Assembly (NCBI GenBank): GCA_018896815.1
Contig: JAHILY010000005.1
Coordinates: 1-61,591, forward strand
Length of the DNA stretch: 61,591 bases
Source: Candidatus Omnitrophota bacterium
Lineage (GTDB): Bacteria > Omnitrophota > Gorgyraeia > Gorgyraeales > Gorgyraeaceae
Direction of reading: 5' to 3'
Shown here in pieces: positions 1-7,865 of the stretch (the first letter of the stretch is position 1; each line of letters opens with the position of its first letter). The notes under the pieces are model-generated. The model ran no database searches and was not told where the DNA came from. It worked only from the letters and a program-made list of their open reading frames with translations. The translations under genes were made by a program, and so were the position numbers.

Positions 1-117
1 ATTGCTACCTTTGTAATGCTGGTCAAAGAACTCGGCATAAAAGACATGCTCAAGGCGGCTGTAATCATGATGTTCGTAGCACTCATAGTAGGCACACTTC
101 TCAATATAATCCTATAA
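1..117 (+). CDS. 3' end of an upstream membrane-protein gene (partial)
   Basis: Frame 1 is open from base 1 to TAA at 115-117. The tail ...AAVIMMFVALIVGTLLNIIL* is a hydrophobic helix. Family cannot be assigned from 38 aa. Confidence 0.4.
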   Translation: MATFVMLVKELGIKDMLKAAVIMMFVALIVGTLLNIIL

Positions 118-137
118 ACATTTTTTTAATTTTTCCC

Positions 138-165
138 TTGACATCCCTAGGTTATATGTTATACT
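138..165 (+). promoter_or_regulatory. Sigma70-like promoter candidate upstream of the DUF2061/cysH operon
   Basis: CCCTTGACAT with TTGACA at 138-143, 16-nt spacer, TATACT at 160-165. The same CCCTTGACAT...TATACTT layout recurs at 48120-48149. Confidence 0.35.
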
Positions 166-246
166 TCTAATTACTACTAATATGATTAGATTAGTAGAGA
201 TTAAAGTTGACAAGCATGATTGGAATAGTAATATAAAGGGGAAAGC

Positions 247-467
247 ATGGAACATCCAAAGAGATCACTTGCAAAGACAGTAACCTGGCGCGTAATAGCT
301 TTTGTGGTAACTATAGTCGCTGTTTATATCTATAGCAAGGATATAAAGGAGTCTCTTGTTGTTGGGATAAGCGCAAATGTCGTAAAGATTTTTTGTATTA
401 TGCACATGAACGAGTCTGGAACAGGGTGAAATTCGGTAGAATTAAAGCCCCAGACTACCAGATATAA
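247..467 (+). pseudogene. DUF2061-type small membrane protein, interrupted by a 1-nt frame shift in a T6 run (389-394)
   Basis: ORF 247-429 begins ...SLAKTVTWRVIAFVVT (DUF2061-like). The -1 frame after the T run reads YYAHERVWNRVKFGRIKAPDYQI* (stop 465-467), which restores the family C-terminus. Confidence 0.6.
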
Positions 468-482
468 TCAGAAGGGGGAGTT

Positions 483-1208
483 ATGAGTTTATTAGAGCCA
501 CAGGAAGACTTAAAGGTATTAGTAGAGACATTGAACTTCAAACAAAAGGTCGATCGTTCACTACAGCTTATAAAGGAAGGCTATGATAAATACGGAGACG
601 GTTTTGTAGTAGCCAATAGCCTTGGCAAGGATTCTGTTGCAGTTTGGCATCTTGCAAAACGCGTAGATCCGAAAATACGAGGGTTTATCGTAACTACCAG
701 GTTTAAACCCAAAGAGACGGTCAAGTTTATGAATGAAGAGGTGAGAAAATATCCTGAGCTTAAGGTTTATAAAAACGATGCGAAGATACCAGATAAGCTA
801 TATGAGACAGATCCGAACAAATGCTGCGATATATTAAAGGTCGAGCCTGTTAAGCACGCAGTTGAAGAGATGGGAGTTACGTGCTGGGTAACAGGCCTTC
901 GCTGCACAGAGGGTCGCACCAGGACAGATTTTAAAGAGGTCGAAGAGCGCGATAAAGGATTAATAAAATTAAACCCTATTCTCATATGGAAAGAACGCGA
1001 GGTCTGGCAATATCTGGCCTTATATGGTGTAAAGGTTAATCCTCTATATACTGAAGGTTACCGCTCTCTTGGATGCGCGCCTTGCACTAAGATCACCAAT
1101 GAGGATAATGAACGTGCAGGACGATGGATAGGCACGAGTAAATGTGGAGGCGAATGCGGTATTCATACACGGCCTTTGAAGGTAAACGTTAACGGAGACG
1201 GCATCTAA
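483..1208 (+). CDS. cysH: Phosphoadenosine/adenosine phosphosulfate reductase (CysH family, Cys-rich Fe-S type)
   Basis: ANSLGKDSVAVWH PP-loop-like motif, CCDILKVEP, GYRSLGCAPCT, C-terminal ECGIH. RBS GGGGGAG lies 5' of the ATG. Confidence 0.85.
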   Translation: MSLLEPQEDLKVLVETLNFKQKVDRSLQLIKEGYDKYGDGFVVANSLGKDSVAVWHLAKRVDPKIRGFIVTTRFKPKETVKFMNEEVRKYPELKVYKNDAKIPDKLYETDPNKCCDILKVEPVKHAVEEMGVTCWVTGLRCTEGRTRTDFKEVEERDKGLIKLNPILIWKEREVWQYLALYGVKVNPLYTEGYRSLGCAPCTKITNEDNERAGRWIGTSKCGGECGIHTRPLKVNVNGDGI

Positions 1209-2174
1209 GTGGTTATTACGCTGGTATTAATCATAGTCTCTGTTTTTGTGGCATTAAATATGGGGGCGAGCGGTTTTTCAGTTTCTTTTACTCCCTCATA
1301 TGGCAGCCGTTTGCTGAAAAAGTCCAGGGCAGTTGTTCTTTATGGACTTTGTGTTTTTGCCGGTGGGTTGCTCATAGGGCCGAGGGTTGTAAGTACCCTG
1401 GTCAATAAGATCTCGCTAGCGCAGCTTAACCCATATTCCGGTCTTTTGATCTTGTTTTCGGCAGGGGCCATGATGTTTTTAAGTAACATGCTGAAAATTC
1501 CGCAGTCCACGAGTTTTGTAACTGTGGCGAGTTTTCTGGGGGCGGGCTTATATTACGGAAAGGTAAACTGGCATACGGTTTCAAAGATTATAATCGTAGC
1601 AGCTGTTTTTTCAGCCCTTTCGTTTATAATCACGTATCTTATTAAAAGAAAGATCTACCCGCCGCACAGGGGCAACCTGCATCTTTATGAGAAGTTTCAT
1701 ATTCACAGGAATAAATTTAAAAATTTTATAATCTGGACTGATATGTATTCGGCCTTTGGGATAGGCACGAATAATGTCGCAAATGTTGTGGCTCCCCTGG
1801 TAGGTTCATTGGGCATAAGCCCGTTTTTAGCCCTTGGATTGTCTGCTCCTCTTTTTGGGTTGGGGGCATATTTCTTTGGAGAGAGGGTCTTGAAGACAGT
1901 GTCCAGGGACATAGTGCCGATCGGTGAAATGTCAGCGGCCATTGTTTCATCGATCACAGCGACCTTTGTCATTATCGCGTCGTTATTAGGATTACCTGCG
2001 CCTTATGTCCAGTTTACTACTTTTTCAGTACTTGCGATAAGTTCTGTCAAAGACGGCACAAGGCATACAGCAGGAAAATCTGTTTTTAAAAGGATAATAT
2101 CCGCATGGATATGCGTGCCCGTAGCCACAGTTTTTTTGAGTTTTTTATTACACTTATTTTTTATTAAAAGGTAA
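1209..2174 (+). CDS. PiT (PHO4) family anion permease, CysP-like putative sulfate permease
   Basis: Polytopic membrane protein with the PiT signatures ALNMGASGFS and GTNNVANVVAPL. GTG start abuts the cysH stop. The sulfate role is inferred from context. Confidence 0.7.
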   Translation: MVITLVLIIVSVFVALNMGASGFSVSFTPSYGSRLLKKSRAVVLYGLCVFAGGLLIGPRVVSTLVNKISLAQLNPYSGLLILFSAGAMMFLSNMLKIPQSTSFVTVASFLGAGLYYGKVNWHTVSKIIIVAAVFSALSFIITYLIKRKIYPPHRGNLHLYEKFHIHRNKFKNFIIWTDMYSAFGIGTNNVANVVAPLVGSLGISPFLALGLSAPLFGLGAYFFGERVLKTVSRDIVPIGEMSAAIVSSITATFVIIASLLGLPAPYVQFTTFSVLAISSVKDGTRHTAGKSVFKRIISAWICVPVATVFLSFLLHLFFIKR

Positions 2175-2175
2175 C

Positions 2176-2574
2176 ATGATTTATATAAATAGAGATCTTA
2201 GAAAGGTGCTTATAGAACACTCTAAGGATGAATTTCCGAATGAGGCGTGCGGTCTTTTGGCTGGAAAAGATAACAGAGTCGAGAGGATTTATGGAATGAG
2301 AAATACCGATAAGAGCGCAACGTCATTTTTTATGGACCCGCAGGAACAGCTGAAGGTCATGAAAGAGATGCGCGCTTCTGGCCTTGATTTTATAGGCGTA
2401 TATCACTCTCATCCTGAGACAAAGGCATATCCTTCAGCTCACGATGTTGAGCTTGCATTTTATCCTGAAGTTTCGTATGTAATTGTCTCATTAAAGGATG
2501 GAGATAATCCAGATATATGTTCATTTAAGATTGTAGAAGGGAAGATCACAAAAGAGGAAGTGAGAGTCGAATGA
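2176..2574 (+). CDS. JAMM/MPN+ metallopeptidase (Mec/HcyD/QbsD-like)
   Basis: EACGLL plus HSHPETKAYPSAHD, which fits the H-x-H-x7-S-x2-D JAMM motif. Confidence 0.8.
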   Translation: MIYINRDLRKVLIEHSKDEFPNEACGLLAGKDNRVERIYGMRNTDKSATSFFMDPQEQLKVMKEMRASGLDFIGVYHSHPETKAYPSAHDVELAFYPEVSYVIVSLKDGDNPDICSFKIVEGKITKEEVRVE

Positions 2575-3605
2575 GTTTTGTAGTAGTTGGCACAAATCAC
2601 AGATATAGCCATATTGAGCTAAGAGAGGAAATATCTTTCTCAAAGAGAGGGCTCCAGGATGCCTTTAATTTCTTGAGAGAGACAGGTGTCTTGAAGTCCA
2701 GCGTTATCCTTTCTACCTGCAACAGGGTAGAGATATATGCTTCTACAGGTACGGCTGAGTCTGGAATACACCAGATAAAGGATTTTCTCTCTAGATTTTA
2801 CGAGATCAATGGCAAAGACCTCTGGCCTTACCTTTATATATATAGGGATGAAGACGCCTTAAGGCATTTATTCAGGGTCGCATCAGGCTTGGATTCCCTG
2901 ATCTTGGGTGAATCGCAGATCTTGGGTCAGGTGAACTCTGCATTTCATGAGTCAGGAAAGAATGGCTTTGTAGATCCTTCTTTAGGAGAGATTTTTAATT
3001 CTGCGATCTCATCAGCAGGAAAGGTACATTTACAAACCAGCATATCTGAAGGGAAGGTGTCTATAGGGAGCGTGGCTGTAGATTTTATAAAGGAAAGAAT
3101 AGGAAGTTTTTTAAGTAAAAATATCTTAATTATAGGCGTTGGCAAGGTTACAGAATTGGTTTTGAAGTATCTGGAGAAAGAAGGCAAAAACGTAGTTTTT
3201 ATTTCTAATAGGACTTTTGAACGGGCTCAGTCTCTGGCTCGTCAGATTGGCGCAAAGGCGGTTAAATTTGACAATTTAAAGGAGTATTTAAGTAAAGCAG
3301 ATGTAGTCATCACAGCAACAAAGAGCCCGCATTTTATTATTAATAAACAGATTATAGAAGAAGCTGTCAGTCAAAAACGCTTACTAATTGTAGATCTGGC
3401 TCTGCCAAGAGATGTCGATCCTCGGATAAAAGAGATAGATAGGATAGAATTATTCGATATAGAGGACTTAACGAAAGTTATTCAGAGGAATAGAGATAAG
3501 AAGAAACATGAGGCTCTTAAGGCCGAGCAGATTATAGAAGACGAGGTACAGAGATTATGCCAGGAACTGTCAGGGTTGGGACAAGAAAGAGCCCTCTTGC
3601 GCTGA
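2571..3605 (+). CDS. hemA: Glutamyl-tRNA reductase, short form lacking the usual C-terminal dimerisation domain
   Basis: STCNRVEIY active-site motif, IIGVGKVTEL NADPH fold, LPRDVDP. Only 344 aa. The 3' end overlaps the next gene by 49 nt. Confidence 0.85.
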   Translation: MSFVVVGTNHRYSHIELREEISFSKRGLQDAFNFLRETGVLKSSVILSTCNRVEIYASTGTAESGIHQIKDFLSRFYEINGKDLWPYLYIYRDEDALRHLFRVASGLDSLILGESQILGQVNSAFHESGKNGFVDPSLGEIFNSAISSAGKVHLQTSISEGKVSIGSVAVDFIKERIGSFLSKNILIIGVGKVTELVLKYLEKEGKNVVFISNRTFERAQSLARQIGAKAVKFDNLKEYLSKADVVITATKSPHFIINKQIIEEAVSQKRLLIVDLALPRDVDPRIKEIDRIELFDIEDLTKVIQRNRDKKKHEALKAEQIIEDEVQRLCQELSGLGQERALLR

Positions 3606-5629
3606 AACAAGTGGAAGAAGTTCTAGTTGGGCTAAAAAAATTTCATCCTGATGTAGGATTTGATATTGTTACCATAGATACATATGGAGATATGGATAAA
3701 AAAACACCTATATCAAATATAGAAGGAACGGATTTTTTTACAAGAGAAATAGACCATGCGCTTTTAAGAGACGAGATTGATATTGCTGTTCACAGCGCTA
3801 AGGATTTACCTGACAACTTAAAAGAGGGGATCAAGATAGCGCTTATTACTGAATCAATCGATCCATACGACTGTTTAGTTTCAAAATCCGGGTTAAAACT
3901 TAGCGAACTTCCTCCAGGGGCAAAGATAGGGACGAGCAGTTCGCGCCGCAAGACACAATTGAAGAAATACAGGAGTGATTTTCAGATCGTAGATATACGA
4001 GGAAATATTGAAGAACGTTTAAGATTACTTGATGATCGCGAGCGACGAGTGACGAACGACGAGCGACGAATAGATGCCATTGTTATTGCAGCTTGTGCGC
4101 TGTTGAGATTAGGTTTAAAACAACGCATAACCGAAAGATTGCCTTTTGAGATTCTAAGGCCACATCCTTTACAGGGTTCGTTGGCAGTAGTAACAAGAAA
4201 GGACAAGGTTGATTTGATAAATCTCGTAAAGACAAAGAAGGTCTATATTGTTGGTGCAGGGCCAGGAAGGCCGGATTTAATAAGTGTGAGAGGATTGCGC
4301 ATTCTTAAAGAGGCCGATGTAGTCATATATGATTATCTTGTCGATAAGGCCCTTTTGGATGAGACTAAGCCAGAATCTGAGCTCATATCTTGCGGCAAGC
4401 TTGGCAAGAATAGATTTTCAGGAAAGTCTATCGAGGCACAGGCAAGGATAAGTGAGCTAATTGTTGAGAAGGCTAAAGAGGGAAGGCGTGTTGTAAGACT
4501 TAAGAATGGTGATGCAACTATTTTTAGCCGCCTAAGAGAAGAGCTCGAGGCATTAACTAGAAATAAGATAGAATTTGAAATAGTGCCTGGCGTTACAGCT
4601 GCAAGCGCAGCAGCAGGTTTTAGCGGCATACCACTTACAGATAGGCATGATTCATCCAGCGTTATTTTTTTAACAGGACACGAATCTGATGATAAGAGAA
4701 AAACTAGTATAGATTGGAATAGAGTGGCTGATTTTGAATCCTTGGTTATATACATGGGTGTTGATAGTATCTCAAAAATAGTCTCAGAGTTAATAAAATC
4801 AGGAAAATCCGGCAACACTCCAGCAGCCGTAGTATCAAAGGCAACAGACATAAACCAGAAAACAGTCAGGGGCAAGTTGAAAAATATTGCTGAAAAGGTA
4901 AGGACAGGAGATATTGAGCCGCCAGCGATATTTATTATTGGAAAAACCGCAGAGCTGGAAAAGGATTTTAACTGGTTCAGGAAGAATAAAAGGGTTTTAT
5001 TTACAGGTCTGTCTAAGGAGAGATTCTTTACAGACGGGACCTATTACCACCTGCCTTTGATTGACATAGGGCCACTCGATGACTATAAGGAATTTGACAG
5101 CCATTTGAAGAAAATCAGACAATTTGACTGGATAGTATTTGCAAGCCGCTATGGCGTGGAGTATTTCTTCGGAAGACTTAAAAAAATTGGGCATGACTCG
5201 AGAATACTTAACAACATAAAAATCGCAGGTGTAGGAAATTCTACAAAGGCAAGGCTTCTTGATTTTGGCATTTCAGCGGATCTGGTGCCGCAAAAGGAAT
5301 CTTCAGAAGGGTTGATCGAGGAGTTTGAGAAGATAGATATCAGAGGGAAGAACATATTTTTGCCCCGCTCTGATATATCTGATAAAGGCTTGGAAAAGGC
5401 CTTTCAGAAACTCGGAGCAATAATAGCCACTTCGTCCGCATATAGAAATAGAATTTCCAGAGATTTGCCTGATTTGGACCTGACCAGCTTTGATGAGGTC
5501 ATGTTTACGAGCCCTTCTACAGTAAGGAATTTTAGAAAAAGATATGGAAGATTGCCCGAGCATGTCAAGGCAAAGTGCATAGGGGATGTGACTTTGAGGG
5601 AGGCAAAGAGATGCCGGTTAATAGATTAA
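3557..5629 (+). CDS. Fusion protein: porphobilinogen deaminase (domains 1-2 only) / uroporphyrinogen-III C-methyltransferase / uroporphyrinogen-III synthase
   Basis: N-terminus VRVGTRKSPLALKQ...HSAKDLP...IGTSSSRR...RGNIEERL (HemC). Middle VYIVGAGPGRPDLISVRG...VRLKNGD (CobA/SUMT). C-terminus ...WIVFASRYGV...FTSPSTV (HemD). Confidence 0.8.
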   Translation: MPGTVRVGTRKSPLALKQVEEVLVGLKKFHPDVGFDIVTIDTYGDMDKKTPISNIEGTDFFTREIDHALLRDEIDIAVHSAKDLPDNLKEGIKIALITESIDPYDCLVSKSGLKLSELPPGAKIGTSSSRRKTQLKKYRSDFQIVDIRGNIEERLRLLDDRERRVTNDERRIDAIVIAACALLRLGLKQRITERLPFEILRPHPLQGSLAVVTRKDKVDLINLVKTKKVYIVGAGPGRPDLISVRGLRILKEADVVIYDYLVDKALLDETKPESELISCGKLGKNRFSGKSIEAQARISELIVEKAKEGRRVVRLKNGDATIFSRLREELEALTRNKIEFEIVPGVTAASAAAGFSGIPLTDRHDSSSVIFLTGHESDDKRKTSIDWNRVADFESLVIYMGVDSISKIVSELIKSGKSGNTPAAVVSKATDINQKTVRGKLKNIAEKVRTGDIEPPAIFIIGKTAELEKDFNWFRKNKRVLFTGLSKERFFTDGTYYHLPLIDIGPLDDYKEFDSHLKKIRQFDWIVFASRYGVEYFFGRLKKIGHDSRILNNIKIAGVGNSTKARLLDFGISADLVPQKESSEGLIEEFEKIDIRGKNIFLPRSDISDKGLEKAFQKLGAIIATSSAYRNRISRDLPDLDLTSFDEVMFTSPSTVRNFRKRYGRLPEHVKAKCIGDVTLREAKRCRLID
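4038..4070. repeat. In-frame short tandem/direct repeat (GAGCGACGA units) inside the HemC domain
   Basis: gcGAGCGACGAgtgacgaacgacGAGCGACGAa encodes RERRVTNDERR. This lies where E. coli HemC has only about 3 residues between LD and YDAI. Confidence 0.6.
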
Positions 5630-6627
5630 GAAGACTCAGGAGGAACAGTGCTATAAGAGACTGGGTCAGCGAGACTGTGCTAAGACCCAAGGATCTCATT
5701 TTGCCTTATTTTGTCATCGATGGAAAGGGTGTTGATAGACCTATTAAATCTCTGCCGGAAGTTAGTCATCTATCGATTGACAAATTGCTCAAAGAAATAG
5801 CTAAGGTGGAAAAAAGAGGGATAAGGTCTATTCTTTTGTTTGGAGTACCTAAGAAAAAGGACAAAATAGGATCTGAGGCGTATAATAAGGACGGCATTGT
5901 TCAAAGAGCGACAAAAGCAATAAAGAAAGAATTCGAAGATTTGGTCGTAATAACAGATGTGTGTCTGTGTAGTTATACGTCTCACGGACATTGTGGTATC
6001 ATTAAGGGACAAGGGACCCCATACCACAAGGGTACGGAGCAGGCAAGTGACAAGAGACAAGGGTATATTATAGATAATGACAAGACTTTAAAGATTTTGG
6101 CGAAGATCGCTCTATCTCATGCTGAAGCTGGTGCTGATCTAGTGGCGCCTTCAGCAATGATGGACGGACAGGTAATGTCAATAAGAGAAGGCTTAGACAA
6201 AAATGGATTTAAGGATATAGGGATAATGGCCTATGCAGCTAAATATGCGTCGAATTTTTATGGCCCTTTTAGAGAGGCATTAGATTCTGGTCCACACTTC
6301 GGAGACAGAAAGACCTATCAGATGGATTTTAGAAATTCAGACCAGGCCCTGAGAGAGATAGGCCATGATATTGAAGAGGGCGCTGATATTGTAATGGTAA
6401 AACCAGCCCTTTCATATCTGGATATTATTTATCGGGCAAAAGAGAAGTTTAATGTACCTGTAGCCGCGTATAATGTAAGCGGTGAATATGCGATGGTGAA
6501 GGCATATTCTCAGGGACAGGGGATTGAAAAAGAGTTGGCTCTGGAGATTTTGACGAGCATAAAGCGTGCTGGGGCGGATTTTATAATTACATACTGGGCA
6601 AAAGAGGCAGCGGGATGGTTAAACTGA
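5611..6627 (+). CDS. hemB: Porphobilinogen synthase (delta-aminolevulinate dehydratase), Zn type
   Basis: DVCLCSYTSHGHCG Cys triad, SAMMDGQV, YAAKYASNFYGPFR, MVKPA. ATG 5611 preferred because GGGAGG lies upstream and the N-terminus MPVNRLRRLRR is typical. Confidence 0.9.
   Translation: MPVNRLRRLRRNSAIRDWVSETVLRPKDLILPYFVIDGKGVDRPIKSLPEVSHLSIDKLLKEIAKVEKRGIRSILLFGVPKKKDKIGSEAYNKDGIVQRATKAIKKEFEDLVVITDVCLCSYTSHGHCGIIKGQGTPYHKGTEQASDKRQGYIIDNDKTLKILAKIALSHAEAGADLVAPSAMMDGQVMSIREGLDKNGFKDIGIMAYAAKYASNFYGPFREALDSGPHFGDRKTYQMDFRNSDQALREIGHDIEEGADIVMVKPALSYLDIIYRAKEKFNVPVAAYNVSGEYAMVKAYSQGQGIEKELALEILTSIKRAGADFIITYWAKEAAGWLN
6004..6063. repeat. In-frame repeat-rich insertion (3 x ACAAGGG plus GACAAG) inside hemB
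   Basis: ACAAGGG at 6009, 6026 and 6057; GACAAG at 6049. Encodes KGQGTPYHKGTEQASDKRQG between HCG and IDND, about 15-18 aa more than the E. coli enzyme has there. Confidence 0.55.
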
Positions 6628-7865
6628 GCGACAAGCGACAAGCGACAAGCGACAAGGAGCTTTTTAGCGAAGCCAGACGATTTATTCCTGGGGGCGTAAA
6701 TAGTCCGGTGAGATCTTTTAAGGCTGTTGGGGGAAGTCCTGTCTTTATAAAGAAGGCCTACGGGGATAAGATTTATAGTGAATGCGGCGAAGAGTTTATT
6801 GATTACTGTCTTTCCTGGGGCGCTTTGATCTTAGGGCATACTCACAGGGAAGTAATCAAGGCTATAGAGAGCTCATTAAAGAACGGAACAAGTTTTGGCG
6901 CAGCTACAAGATTGGAGACAGAATTGGCAATGCTTATTGCAGAGGCTGTTCCTTCAATCGAACAGATTAGATTAACAAATTCAGGCACTGAGGCAGTTAT
7001 GGGCGCGGTCAGACTTGCAAGGGCATACACTGGGAAAAATAAGATTATAAAATTTCAAGGCTCGTATCATGGGCACGCAGATTATCTTTTGGATTGCACA
7101 GGCGTGCCAGAGGACTTTAAGAGACATACAATTGTAGTTCCGTATAACGATATAGGCGCTGTTTTAGAAGCAGCTGAGTTGCACAGGGAAGATTTAGCTG
7201 CGATAATAGTTGAGCCAGTTTCCGGGAATTGCGGAGTGGTATTGTCAGACATTGGTTTTTTGCAGGGTTTGAGAAAGATCGCTGATAAATACAACACAGT
7301 TCTTATTTTCGATGAAGTTATTACTGGATTCAGGGTTTCATACAGCGGCGCGCAGGGAATTTTTGGAATAAAAGCAGATATTACCTGCTTAGGTAAGGTT
7401 ATAGGCGGGGGATTGCCGGTAGGCGCCTTTGGAGGAAGAAGGGAAATTATGGATCTTTTAGCGCCCGAAGGAGACGTCTATCAGGCAGGGACATTGTCAG
7501 GTAATCCAGTCGCGGTCACAGCCGGGATCACGACCTTGAAAATACTGAAAGAAATAAATCCATACCCAGATCTGGAAACCAAAACAAAGAAACTATGTGA
7601 AGGGATTATGGCGAGCGCTAAAAAATATGATATAAAGCTGAGGGCTAATTATATTAGTTCTATGTTTAGCATATTTTTTGGAGAAAATGGACAGGATAAG
7701 GGATTATTTAAAAAGTTTTTCCACGGATTATTAAAAAGAGGTATTTATTTTTCACCATCTGGTTTTGAGGCAAATTTTTTGTCAACCGCGCATAGTAATG
7801 AAGATGTAAAGAAGACATTAGATGTGATCGATGAGACATTTGAAAGTTTAAGGAGGTCAGAATGA
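6615..7865 (+). CDS. hemL: Glutamate-1-semialdehyde 2,1-aminomutase
   Basis: [12 protein letters not shown], class-III aminotransferase body, [14 protein letters not shown]-lysine region. ATG overlaps the hemB stop. Confidence 0.9.
   Translation: MVKLSDKRQATSDKELFSEARRFIPGGVNSPVRSFKAVGGSPVFIKKAYGDKIYSECGEEFIDYCLSWGALILGHTHREVIKAIESSLKNGTSFGAATRLETELAMLIAEAVPSIEQIRLTNSGTEAVMGAVRLARAYTGKNKIIKFQGSYHGHADYLLDCTGVPEDFKRHTIVVPYNDIGAVLEAAELHREDLAAIIVEPVSGNCGVVLSDIGFLQGLRKIADKYNTVLIFDEVITGFRVSYSGAQGIFGIKADITCLGKVIGGGLPVGAFGGRREIMDLLAPEGDVYQAGTLSGNPVAVTAGITTLKILKEINPYPDLETKTKKLCEGIMASAKKYDIKLRANYISSMFSIFFGENGQDKGLFKKFFHGLLKRGIYFSPSGFEANFLSTAHSNEDVKKTLDVIDETFESLRRSE
6628..6655. repeat. Perfect tandem heptamer repeat (GCGACAA x4) in the first codons of hemL
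   Basis: gcgacaa gcgacaa gcgacaa gcgacaa starts directly after the hemB stop (6625-6627). Translated as ...DKRQATSDK... Confidence 0.85.

Noticed and set aside
207-234. Second TTGACA-16-TAATAT promoter-like match just upstream of the DUF2061 start
   Set aside because: A transcript starting about 7 nt after this -10 would begin inside or after the AAGGGG ribosome-binding site, so the upstream promoter (138-165) is the more credible one. It could still be a weak internal promoter.
389-394. Classical -1 programmed ribosomal frameshifting at the T6 runs (also 23019-23024)
   Set aside because: Neither site forms an X-XXY-YYZ heptamer in the zero frame (ATT TTT TGT and GGA TTT TTT ATA). No obvious downstream pseudoknot or hairpin was seen. 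A homopolymer under-call or transcriptional slippage explains both more simply.
4333-4875. 180-aa minus-strand ORF
   Set aside because: It is antisense to the SUMT domain of the hemC-cobA-hemD fusion and has no recognisable motif.
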